Positions 1 through 16,216 of a stretch of DNA of 64,000 nt are shown here, one piece after another (the first letter of the stretch is position 1; the number at the start of each line of letters is the position of its first letter). Both the position numbers and the translations under genes were made by a program. The notes under the pieces were generated by a model that ran no database searches, was not told the origin of the DNA, and saw nothing but the letters and a program-made list of their open reading frames with translations. This stretch comes from the human T2T-CHM13v2.0 reference genome, Homo sapiens: NCBI GenBank assembly GCA_009914755.4, contig CP068257.2:27072001-27136000 (forward strand), in the 5' to 3' direction.

Positions 1-60
1 GAGTGGTTTCTCAAAAATGAGAGATTAAAAAAAGGAAAGGTTATATGTGTAAATGAAGAC

Positions 61-410
61 TGTCTTAGTTCAGGTAGCTATAACAAAATACCAAAGACAG
101 AGTGGCTTATAAACAACTTAGTTCTCAGTATCCTGGAGGCTGGAAGTCAGGGTGACAGTATGGTCTGGTCCTGGTGAGGGCCTTCTTCCAGGTTGCAGAC
201 TGTCATCAACTTGTTCTATCCTCACATGGTGAAAAGAGCTGGGGAGTTCTTTGGGGTCCCTTCTATAAGGGCACTAATCCCACTTATGAGGGCTCCACCC
301 TAGTGACCTAATCGCCACCCAAAGGCCTTCATTGTCCTAATACCATCACACTGGGGATTAGGATTTCAACTCATGAATTTTGAAGGCACACAAACATTCT
401 GTCCATTGCA
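61..410 (-). mobile_element. ERVL-MaLR-type LTR (MLT1-like), copy A
   Basis: The + strand reads as the reverse complement of an MLT1/MST-type LTR consensus. It has the terminus tgtcttagttcagg...ctataacaaaatacc, then ...ctggaggctggaagtc..., and ends ...cattctgtccattgca. A copy at 2915-3260 sits in the same orientation. Confidence 0.6.
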
Positions 411-2664
411 AAGTCTTTGAAATCACAAAAGGTATATGTAGAATACAGAGTTAATATGGAGGCAAATTTAGAGTTGTTTATCAAATCTGAGAATTCTCAA
501 ATTACCTTCCATTGTGGAACCCAGGAGTGGCACAAATTTAAAATATAAGTAGATTCAGGAAGGGCTTAGGGTAAAGTCATGAATGAGAGTCATAATATAG
601 GATGGAACTTCGGAATGCACTTCTCTAGTATTTCCAACCGGCTGTTATAAAAGACAACCAAGTCTACTGTTAAGAAAATGTCCCTTGGTGCTGTCAGATA
701 GAAAAATTTCTTATATCCTTATTTATATAATTTAAATACAAAGATTATCTTATGAGGGTCCCTTGCCTTTCCCATCCTTCTGCCCTATAAAAAAGATTCT
801 AGCTTTTCCTTGTCTGTCTTCCTTTCTTCCACCCTCTAAGGAGCTCCCACCTTTGCCAGACTGACCCTGTAAGGCTTTGTAAGGCAAAATCAGACAGAGG
901 GCAGGGGAGAAAAGCACAGGAAACTAGAGGGCTGGGGCGAGAGGAAGAGATTTTCCCAGGTGAAGGGCACCTGAAAATAAAAGTCTGGGTATAACTACAG
1001 AGAATATGCATGGAGGATGGGAGAGGAGTAAAAAAGAGGATATTAGAAAGCATTGCTTTTGACAGATGTAAAGGATTTAGGTTACTTTGAAGCTAATTTT
1101 GGTTTCAGTGCTGTGTTCTTTTGACCATGATACTGCCCCAGACCTAACCACACCAGTCAAGGGTTTACAAACATTCCCATGTGGGCTCATCCAATAATAC
1201 TCTTTGGGATTCCCTGTTAAAACACCTAGAATTCCTACTTATGATTTCTGTTTTACCACATGACACTTTTCAGAAGAAAGTGGTTAAATAAGCTCCTTGG
1301 ATAACCTCCTAAGTTAGGTAATTGGAGCACAGGGAAGAATCTGTCATCAGATGCCTTTCACTAAGTTAATTACAGATAAAACCAACACGAAGTGGTTAGA
1401 AGCAAAGGTTAAAATTTCACTCCCTTGGACTTTGTATAATAATGAATTAAACTGCTGGACTGCATTGGCATCCTGTTGGGAATATGATTTGGAAATAGAA
1501 AAACCAGCCAATGGTGGTCTAATTTTGTTCTTGAAAGTAATTTAAAGTAACACAAACCCACCAAGACTTTACCTCTTTTTTACTTTAAAATGCTATTCGT
1601 GATTTTAAAAAATGGTGCAGATGTACAAAAGAATCTATATGCTTTTCCTCAAGTAAAGATACTTTCTCCATATGTGTGTGGACCACAAATCACCTAAATA
1701 CTTTATAACTCAGGCACCATGACAGCATTTCAGTGCTGTTTCATTTCTCAAAACATTAAATCCTCCACAAATCCAGAAATCACATCACCTTAAAAAGCAG
1801 CCAGTGCTGGGGAGTGAGGAAGAAGGAGTAGGAGTGAAGAGAGGGTGCAGTGGAGAATGGAATGAAATATATGGAGGATGGAAAGAAAAGGATCAGTTAT
1901 TTTCTTTTCTTCAATAGGAAAGAATCAAGTGATCCTGTCTCAATGAATATGCTTCATGTATAGTATTTTTGCTATTTTTTAAAACTTCAGAAAACACATT
2001 CCTAAATGAAGATCCCACCCAAATTCCAAGTTCTTCATTAATCAGGCTTTCCATTACATTGTTCATGAGAAAATTCTCCTTTTTTAAACTACGTGGTTTA
2101 ATGCCTCCCATATTCCATAAGATTTTATAACCCGTCTTTTCTGCTGGTGGCACCTATATGCTAAAAGTTGTCAAGCTCCAGAGCCTTGTTATTTTTTACT
2201 TTACTTCTTCTACATCTACTATAAATACTAGATCCTGATTTTTAATATGTTCAACTATTAAAATATATTAGCTAGAAACTCTAAGTACTTTTAATTAAAA
2301 AATAAAAAATCCAAGTCCCTACCTCCTACACTCCCTTCGGATAATATCCCATTTTCCTTTCCAAATACTATGTCCTCTTAATTATTTTGGAGGAGGAATG
2401 AGACGCTTTCATTATTGTATATGAGCAATAAATAAGAAAATATTCTATCTATATGAGGGCTGGGGGGCATTGCAGACACCATTAGTGCCTTTTCAACATC
2501 AAATATCTGTGTATCTCTGCTTGAGGGGGCCCTCTGGCTGCTGAAGTGAATTTGGTCCAGGCCAAACCAGGCAAGAAGTGCTGGGGAGTCATGGTTCCTC
2601 AGAACAGCCCTCAACCACTGCCTGATGTGAGAGGATGTCTTTTTCAGTTTGGGCTGCTAGAACA

Positions 2665-2940
2665 GTTGGGGAGCCCAACTTCAATTAGAGGGTGTGCTCA
2701 CAATGTTTAGTGATAGAGAAGAGGCAAAAAATGTTTTAGAACCTGTTGATCTAGAGGAGGGGGCTGATAGGAACAATTTAATTCAAGTCTGTCTGTGATA
2801 TAAACTCACATAAGAGCAAAGCAGCTTGGAAACAATTTGACAGGGATCCAGAAAAGCTTCAGAGGCAGTGACGTTTCAAGGAGGCTTTGAAGAATTAATA
2901 GGATTCATCTCGGCAGAAGTGTTTAGAGGATATCCTAGCG
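2665..2940. repeat. Internal segment flanking LTR copy B, duplicated at 3471-3750 (copy 1)
   Basis: About 275 bp, roughly 85-88% identical to 3471-3750 (cccaacttcaat(t/c)agagggt(g/a)tgctcacaatgtttagt...gtttcaaggaggctttgaagaatta...gcagaagtgtttagagga). It ends exactly at the LTR B boundary. Confidence 0.7.
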
Positions 2941-3260
2941 AGGGTAGCTTAAACAACAAACATTTATTTCTCACACTTCTGGAGGCTGAAAGTACAAGAT
3001 CAGGGTGCCCATATTTTCGAGCTCTGGTGAGAGCCCTCTTCCGTCTTGCAGACTTCCATTTTTTCACTTGTCCTTACATGGCAGAAAAGAGGGTGAGGCA
3101 ACTCTCTGAGGTCCCTGTTATAAGGACACTAACCCCATTCCTGAGGGCTCCACTCTTATGACCTAATAACCTCCCCCAAAGCAACACATCATAATACCAT
3201 CACCTTGGGGATTACATTTCAACACAGGAATATTGGAAGGACACAAACTTTGAGTCCATA
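2915..3260 (-). mobile_element. ERVL-MaLR-type LTR (MLT1-like), copy B
   Basis: Same family and orientation as 61-410 (...tctggaggctgaaagtacaagatcagggtg...ccttggggattacatttcaacacaggaatattggaaggacacaaactttgagtccatagca). It is about 75% similar to copy A. Confidence 0.6.
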
Positions 3261-3470
3261 GCAGAGGACAATCTCCCCAGCATCTTTGCCTTCAGTTGCA
3301 CAACTATGAGGCATGTTCTACACAGCCTCTGAGAGGTCCCAGCAGAAAGGATCCCTGGTTGCCCACCACCATGATCTGCTTGATAATTCCCCACTCCCTC
3401 AAAAGCACTTCCTGGGATCATCTCCCAAAACAGATTACTTACACTCAAATCCATATCTCAGGATCTGCTT

Positions 3471-3750
3471 CTGGGGGAAGCCCAACTTCAATCAGAGGGT
3501 ATGCTCACAATGTTTAGTAATAGAGAAGAAGAGGCAAAATAAGTTGGAGAACTTGTTGATCTAGAGGAAGGGGCTGATGTGAACAATTTAACTTTAATTC
3601 AAGTGTGCCTGTGATATAAACCCACATAAGAAAGCTCAGAAACAATTTGACAGGGATCCAGAAAAGCTCCAGAGGCAACAATGTTTCAAGGAGGCTTTGA
3701 AGAATTAGTAGGATTCAGCTGGGCAGAAGTGTTTAGAGGACATCCCAGGC
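3471..3750. repeat. Partial duplicate of the internal/LTR-junction segment 2665-2940 (copy 2)
   Basis: Collinear similarity to 2665-2940. It includes the first ~25 bp of the LTR junction (gtgtttagaggacatccc), then diverges (aggcagaggaaccaacaatc). Confidence 0.7.
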
Positions 3751-5809
3751 AGAGGAACCAACAATCAAAGCCAAGAACACCCTTGGGGGCAATAGAGAAG
3801 CCATGAAGATGAGGCAGGAAAGTGACTCAAGACCTTGGATATGATGTTAATTGCAAAGAGCATACATTTCATTCCATAGACATTGGGGAAGAGAATAAAT
3901 GTTTGATCAGGGAATTGATACATTACAATTGTTTAGAAACCTAACTATGAAGAAAGCATATGAAATTGGTTTTTTAAAATAATAAGAGTATAAAATGTTT
4001 GAATTACTTACATTTATAGTAAAGCTAAATAAATGTTTTGACTAATTTACACCAATCATGGCAAACCTACTATTTTTGTGTATATTTGTTTCCATAGATA
4101 CATACATACGAATATGATGCTCTTTCATGAATGAAAATAAGATTTTAGGCAAAAGGTACACTAAGGTTTCAGATCTGTGAAATATGTCTGCAAGTAAATA
4201 AGGACAAAGGTACTCTGCAAAGTCAGTACTTTTCTGGTATTGCCTTTTGCAATGAATGGCATCACCACAGGCTGAGTTTCCAATTTGGGAGACCAGGATT
4301 CATGCTTAGCACCTCCCTCTTCTTCCACTGCCATATCCAGCCCACCACAAAGTCCCATCCATTTTACCTCCTAAATATCTCCCAGATTCCTCCACTTTTC
4401 TCCATTGCTCATGCCATCACCCAGTCACAGCCACCATCATCTCTCACCGGGAGGACAGCGAGAGCAAACATTCACCCTTACTCCGCCACTCTATTAACAG
4501 CACAGAAGCTCATGTCTCTCCCCAGCTTAAAGCCCTGCATTGGTTCCCACTGCACTTAGGATAAAGTGAAGTGGCCTCTGCCCACCTATTCCGCGTTGAC
4601 TCTCAGGCCTCCCTCACTCATTCTTGATGCTCCAGCCACAATGGCCAACCTTTAGTTCCCCAGGAAAACCTGTGATCCCCAACTGGGGGCTTTGCATGTA
4701 CAGTTCCTCTTGCTAGGATGCTCTTTCCCCAGGCCCCTCCTTCTTTACTCATTTAACTCCCATTCCTCCTTTGCATCCTAGCCTAGTAGCACTTTCTCAG
4801 GGAACCTTCCCTGTCCCTGGGAACCAAACCAGGTCTCCCTATTGGAAGTTTGTAACCTTCTGCGCTTTTCCTTTTCTGTCTGTTATTATCTACCTACGGA
4901 CCCATGTGACTGTCTACCTCCGTCTTTAGACCATGAACTCTGTGAAGATGGCACATAGCAGGGGCTTAAGAAATAAGTGTGTGAAGAAATTATTTCAATT
5001 ATATGTTACCTTGCCTCAGGTATATGGTTCATCATTTTATATGGCCAATATGTACATATGCATTCTATGCACATTATATACGCATATATAGCTAAGAAAA
5101 CTCAGGCTGAGAGACTCTTAAGTTACTTGTTCATCAGGAATAATGGACCTGGAATTTGTCCATGAGTCTGGCTTGAGCAGACGCTCCTGACCAACACCTT
5201 GTACTGTACGCCAGAATAATAGGTAACAGTTATAGAGTTGTCTTCATGTTAAGAGTTATGGGGCCATTTTTCTATTTCTCAACATTTTATTGTATGTCAT
5301 TGCCTTGATGCCTCTTCCATAAAAATAGCCTTCTAAATGATGGATAAATTTTTCTAAGCTTTGTCTTACCCAAATTCTAATGTATTGTTTGTGTTCTTAG
5401 AACTTTTTTCCAGGTTAGTTATTTGGCTTCCCATTGTATCATATTATGTCATTCTAGATATATTATTTCTACTCTTTGCCTCTGTTCTCCTTAATTTTTG
5501 CAAAGATGCAATAAATTGAGAAAATATGCCCATTGAGGCCTATTAATTTTGCTCAAAATATCACTATCTTCCTATATAGTTAGGGTGTGGAGAGTGTTCT
5601 GAAATATGGTAGGTACAGACAATGAGATGAGGCTGAATTATACATAGAATAAAGAGTAGGAAAAATCAGCTCCAGGTTGGAAACAATGAAACCAGATAAC
5701 ACTTCAGGTTAAAGGAACAAACATGGTTAAAGAAACAAACATGGTTAATGAGTGTCTACTGTGACAAAGAGTTGACTAATACACAGAAGGCCAAACATAA
5801 TCTTCATTT

Positions 5810-9770
<3,961 letters not shown>

Positions 9771-10429
9771 AATCTCCACTTTAAAAAAAAAAATAAACTG
9801 CTTGAGATTTATCCAAAGGAGAGTTATGTGAAAACAGATAAGCTTATATAATAGAATCACTACATATTTTAAATATGCTGCATTTTTCTCAATAAAATCA
9901 GAATTATTTACAACATATACATATATTTTTCTTTGTTTCAAACAAAGAAAATTGTTTAACAAAAGAGATAAAAGGTGAGGTCCTAATGAATTCAGAAAAT
10001 CCAGTCAACCTGATTCATGATAAGACAAAAGAGTAGATGAAAGTATCAAAAATTCTTGCAAAATCTGTCAATGATTGTGCACAGCAAGCTTAGGTATGAG
10101 TCAAGGTTAATGTCTTCACTCACAATCTTATGCTTTTATCCCAGAAAAACCTACTCATGCCCCACAAAGCCAGTCCCCAAAAAAGGCAACAATGGGCGCC
10201 ACAGTCCATTCACCCATGAGTCCTGGCCTTTTCAATTTCTTCCTGGCTGATGTCTGGCTCTTATTTCTATGCCTTCTTTTATGGGCTCTCATCTTTTGAC
10301 TTCATCTCCAGCCCCTGTGGGAGCATTGCAATTGAGCATCATTATGCTTTGGGTTTATCTGCTTTTGCCTTTTGCCAAGTAGGGGCATTGCTCATTTTCT
10401 GGCTCTGTTTACAGTTGACTCTGCCCAAC

Positions 10430-10797
10430 TGATATCTTTCAGATGAGTCCCCACCCAAATCTCACCTTGAATTGCAATAATCCCCATGTGTCAAGGGTGG
10501 GGCCAGGTGGAGATAACTGAATCATGGGGGTGGTTTCCCCCATACTGTTTTTGTGGTAGTGAATAAGTCTCACAAGATCTGATGGTTTTATAAATGGGAG
10601 TTCTCCTGCACAAGCTCACTCTTGCCTGCCACCATATAAAACGTGCCTTTGCTTTTCCTTTGCCTTTGCCATGATTGTGAGGCCTCCCCAGCCATGCTGA
10701 ACTGTGAGTCCATTGAACCTCTTTCCTTTACAAATTACCCAGTCTCAGGTATATCTTTACTAGCAGTGTGAGAACAGAATAATACACCAACCAAGCT
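10430..10797 (+). mobile_element. Solo LTR, ERVL-MaLR THE1/MST-like
   Basis: Starts tgatatctttcagatgagtccccacccaaatctcaccttgaattgcaataatcc. Middle reads ...gtggtagtgaataagtctcacaagatctgatggttttataaatggg. Ends ...ccatgattgtgaggcctccccagccatgctgaactgtgagtccattgaacctctttcctttacaaattacccagtctcaggtatatctttactagcagtgtgagaacagaataatacac. Confidence 0.8.
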
Positions 10798-11599
10798 CTA
10801 TGATACACTCACTTGGCTGTTCCACTCCCTGGGAGTAGGAGTGGGCAGTTCACCATTATGAATATCCAAGTGACAGGGTTTGAAGGAACCCAGTAGCTTC
10901 TCAGCTGCCCACCCAAATACACGGAAAGCATCTCTTAACATGCAAGTGTTGACGAAAAGCAACTCAGCTTATTCTCATTATTCAGAGATTCACTTATTTG
11001 TAACTCCAAAATCAATTCTCTCAGTGCTTTCATGGCCATTCACAGATTTGCATAGAACAGGAAAAAAGTCTGAGTCACTTGCCACATATATTCCCAGCTG
11101 AGGTTGAACAAGGCAACATGCTGCCTTCTTGTTTCAGTGGACATACTGTAAAACAAGTGTCCTTTTAACTGTCTATTTACTGCCCTGTTTTTTACATTTG
11201 TGTGCTTCGGTTTGATGATTTCACTGCTTAAAAAGTTCCCAAGCACAGTGCTGAAGTGTTGTCTAGTATATGTGTTAGGCAAGCTTCATTCAAACCTGAG
11301 CTACAGTATTGTTGGCCATGAGTTCAATACTAACAATCCAACAATAGACAGTAAATAAGGTGATTTTAAATAGAAACACACATAAGGTATGTGATGATCA
11401 GATAGTGAACATACTGTGACCAGAGGCTCCTGGGAGCATAACCCTGTATTTCCCCTAGGAGCAATGGTTCAGTATTTGCTAATTCAGTGTTTACAGTGAC
11501 TTTATAGAAGACAATTACTATGAATAATGAGAATCAACTGAACTGCATCACATTATGGTCCTGGAGTATGAATAGGACCCAGAACAGACAGTAATGTTA

Positions 11600-11906
<307 letters not shown>

Positions 11907-12293
11907 CATATATAAGGGCCTGGATGGAGGTTTTGATGGGCTCCACCGTGAGAAACTAAGAAAGTGTCATGCGAAATAGGAGAGCACTCAACTGGAGCTG
12001 GAGAAACACCAGACAAACTTGTACCTCTTCTCCATACTTCTTGAGCCCAACCCTATTGCTATGTATATAGTATTAGTAAATAATCTGGTAATAATATCAC
12101 ACAAACTATCCATGGCAAAAGAGGTATTATCTTAGGATTTTACACTTAATGTTTGACAGTATGGATTGCTACTGCTCAGTATAGTAGCTACCAGCAAAAG
12201 TAGTCACTGAGTACTTGAATGTGGCTAGTCCAAATTGAGATGTCGATTTCAGACACAGTATGATAAAAATAATGTAAAACTGCTTGTGAATAT

Positions 12294-12578
12294 TTTTTGA
12301 GACAGGATTTTGCTCTGTCTCCCAGGCTGGAGTGCAGTGGTGTAATCATAGCTCAATGAAGCCTCGACCTCCAGGGCTCCATCCATCCTCCCACCTCAGC
12401 CTCCCTGGTAGCTGGGACTACAGGCATGCACCACCATGCCCAGCTAATTTTTGTATTTTTTGTAGAGAGAGGTTTTACCATGTTTCCCAGGCTGGTCTCG
12501 AACTCCTGGGCTCAAGGTATCCTCCCACATCAGCCTCCTAAAATGCTGGGATGACAGGAATGAGCCACCACGCCCAGC
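12294..12578 (-). mobile_element. AluJ-like SINE
   Basis: ttttgagacaggattttgctctgtctcccaggctggagtgcagtggtgtaatcatagctcaatgaagcctcgacctcc...ctcaaggtatcctccc...gagccaccacgcccagc. The catagctca/cgacctcc and caaggtatcctcc motifs point to AluJ. Confidence 0.88.
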
Positions 12579-12844
12579 ATGAATAATTTTTCTATTGATT
12601 CCATATTGAAGTATTTTTACATAATAGGCATTAAAAGTATTGAAATTAATTTTATCTTTTTTTAACCTTTTTTAAATGTGGCCACTAGAAAACGTTACAT
12701 GGCTTATATGGACTGCATTGTGTTTGTATTAGACAGTGCTGATTTGAAATAAACAGCTGAATTGGGAGGATTTATAGTAAGAATTTATAGTGAAAATAGT
12801 GAACTAGACCACCATATAACAGCTATACTTACATCCTACTTACT

Positions 12845-13035
12845 CTGAGCCAGGCACTGTTCTAAGTACTTTACATATATTACTAATTACATATATTACT
12901 TTACATATATTAACTTGACTGATCCTCACTGGAATTCTCAGGGATAGATGCTATTCATTTTGCAAATGAAAAACTGAGGCAAAGAAAAGTGAAGTGATTT
13001 GCCCCAGGTCACACTAGATTTGAGCCAGATTTGAC
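12845..13035 (-). mobile_element. MIR SINE (ancient)
   Basis: gccaggcactgttctaagtactttacat...ttttgcaaatgaaaaactgaggcaaagaaaagtgaagtgatttgccccaggtcacactag matches the reverse complement of the MIR core and 3' region. Confidence 0.6.
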
Positions 13036-13064
13036 CTAATTAATATAGCTCACATTCTTAACCA

Positions 13065-13065
<1 letters not shown>

Positions 13066-13110
<45 letters not shown>
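13066..13110. repeat. (CA)n microsatellite, about 22 units with one interruption
   Basis: cacacacacac...acacatacac, read directly. Confidence 0.95.
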
Positions 13111-13766
13111 CTATTTGATGCAATCATCAAACCCATAAAATAAAAATTACTTATCAGTAAATAGAAATCATAGCTTATGCCTCAGTTGCATTCTCTGAAG
13201 ATATAAAAAGAAACAGACATTTTTATAAAGGAATTAACTTCCAAAAGTTTTGCAAGGTTTTGCAAAAATTGAGCCACCATGAATGTGAGGATATTGTGTT
13301 GTCTTCCATCTAGATCTAGTATAGAAACGCAGGTCAAAAGGTAGGAAGATAGAGTAAAAATATACCGATTTTACTGGTTAAAAAAAATTGATAAAAGAGA
13401 ATACAAAAAAATTTAAAGGGGGATTTGGGGATAAATATTAGAAAAAGAACTTTTCAAATGAGAAGAGATAGCATACAGTGAAGTTTGCAGATGAACTAAG
13501 GTGCTAGGTAAATGAAGAACCAAGCCAGCAGGAACAGGAGTCCGATGGAAGAGGCAGAAATGTGCTAAATAAACAGACTTAGGATTTGTAAAACAAAACT
13601 GCTTAAGCTGACCATATAAAGCTGCTTGTTTGTTGTTTCAAAAATCAATTGAAAATTATTTGAGAGAGTTGTTTCCATTTAAAAAATAATGATTATATTC
13701 ACTTATTAGCAAAGGACAATGACCTGGCTCCTGTGCTGGTTATTCCTGGGAAGAAAGGCATCCATA

Positions 13767-14080
13767 GGCCGGGCACGGTGGCTCACGCCTGTAATCCCAG
13801 CACTCTGGGAAGCAGAGGCAGGCGGATGACCTGAGGTCGGGAGTTCAAGACCAGCCTGACCAACATGGAGAAACCCCGTCTCTACCAAAAATACAAAAAA
13901 ATTAGCCGGGCATGGTGGCGCATGCCTGTAATCTCAGCTACTCAGGAGGCTGAGGCAGGAGAATCGCTTGAACCCAGAAGGCGGAGGTTGTGGTGAGCCA
14001 AGGTCGCGCCATTGCACTCCAGCCTGGGCAACAAGAGCGAAACTCAGTCTCAAACAAACAAACAAACAAACAAACAAAAA
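13767..14080 (+). mobile_element. AluS-like SINE with (CAAA)n tail
   Basis: ggccgggcacggtggctcacgcctgtaatcccagcac...ccagcctgggcaacaagagcgaaactcagtctcaaacaaacaaacaaacaaacaaacaaaaa. Confidence 0.92.
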
Positions 14081-14191
14081 GCATCCAGAAAGGCCATGAG
14101 AGGAGCCTGACTCTCTTTTATACCTGCAGGATCTGCATCTTCAGAACTCCATACAGGCCTTGTAGATTTCTTTTATTAAAAAAAAAAAAAA

Positions 14192-14481
14192 TAGAGACAA
14201 GTCTCTCTCTCTGTTACCCACGCTGGAGTGCAGTGGTGCAATCATAGCTCACTGCAGCCTCCAACTCCTGGGCAGAAGCAATCCCCTGCCTCAGCCTCTC
14301 AAGTAGCTGGCGCCTACAGTTGCACACTGCCATGACCAGCTAATTTTTTTTTATTTTTATTTTGTAGAGACAGAGTCTTGTTATGTTGCCTGGGCTGGTC
14401 TCAAACTCTTGGCTTCAAAAGATCCTTCCATCTCAGCCTCCTAAAGTTCTGGGATTACAGGCATGAGACACTGTTCCTGGC
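14192..14481 (-). mobile_element. AluJ/S-like SINE
   Basis: agagacaagtctctctctctgttacccacgctggagtgcagtggtgcaatcatagctcactgcagcctcc...ctgggattacaggcatgagacactgttcctggcc. Confidence 0.88.
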
Positions 14482-15714
14482 CTAGATTTCATTTTAAAAC
14501 ACTGAGAACAATTAGTCTACATGTCACTGCACACTTGCATGGAGACAACTCCTCTGCTACACAGGGAAGCCTGGATTAGTAGCAGGTGTTGCTGAACCGC
14601 ATCACCAGCCTGGGACTCAGAAAACCTGCATTCGAAGTCTCTCTGTTACTTATTACCCTGGGGATCTTGGCATATCACAGAGTTTCCAAGGGCTTTATTT
14701 CTAAAGAGAAAAGATGGAACAAAAGGAAGAAGTTTACACAGAGATTAAAAATCTAAAACAGGGCTCAGATTCTTGCTCTTCAACTTCAAGTTTAAGACGT
14801 TGGCCACATTACCTCTTGGAGCTTGTTTCTTCATCAATAAGATGTTGATAATCATCCCCGCCTCATGGGACTGATGAAATGAAGGAGTGAGATCATCTTT
14901 GTAAAGTTTTAGCACAGTGTTTAGCCTGGCACGTACTACGAACCCAAAAATGATTTTTTAAAATTAGATGATAATTCAGCTTCTTTCCAGCTCAGACATG
15001 CTATGAAGATACGCAGCCAGCACTGCCTTGCCATGGTGTGTCTTTTTTTCTGACTCAAGCCTGTTCCTTATTAAAATGCTGCAACTTTGTGGTGAGAAAA
15101 GGAGTTATTCCGTAACTTTGACCATCAGAAAGTGAACCAACTGACACCAAGGCCTCAGCAATGATTCTAAGTATTAAGAGTTGCTTTCATCTTCACAGAT
15201 GGAAGAAGTGAGGACAATACTTGGTCAAGGTCACACACGTTGAGGAACCACCCAAGAGAGATCAGAAACTCAATCCCTTCCTCAAGCCCTTGGACTCTGT
15301 TTGCTAATTACTTGTGAGAGTTATTAACGTGCTTTTTATTTTTCTTTAATTTTGGTTTTCTTCATTTATGGCTATCAACATAATCCCTTGCTCAAAGCTC
15401 AAGGCTAAATACTAGGTAAGGCTCATATTCTCACTGGCAGAAACCTCTGTTTTAAACACTTCTCTAAAAAATAGAACCTTGTTTATAAGCTTTATACCAT
15501 TGCTGTAAAATGTAATATGCAAATAAGGCATTTTATAACTTTAGAGTTAAATAATAAAGGCAGCACTCCAAACCTCAACTAGATATTTACATAATTGCAT
15601 TACTAGCATTTGCATGAGCTGTAATGAAAGCTAAGGGGGAAAACCTGCTTATTTCCTATTAACTCCATAATAGAACATGATTTTTATTTGCTCTTACAAA
15701 TAAAACTTAACTGC

Positions 15715-15740
15715 TTGTTTGTTTGTTTGTTTGTTTTTTA
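15715..15740. repeat. (GTTT)n simple repeat
   Basis: gtttgtttgtttgtttgtttttt. Confidence 0.9.
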
Positions 15741-15874
15741 ACCAGACGCTACATTTGGGTTCCTTATAGTTCCTGATTATAATAACAGAGCGCCAGCAAA
15801 TTTCATAAGAAGAAAAACCTGTTTGATGAAAAATTAGTTATTCCAAAAGAATTCCCCTAAACATCTGACTTTAG

Positions 15875-16216
<342 letters not shown>

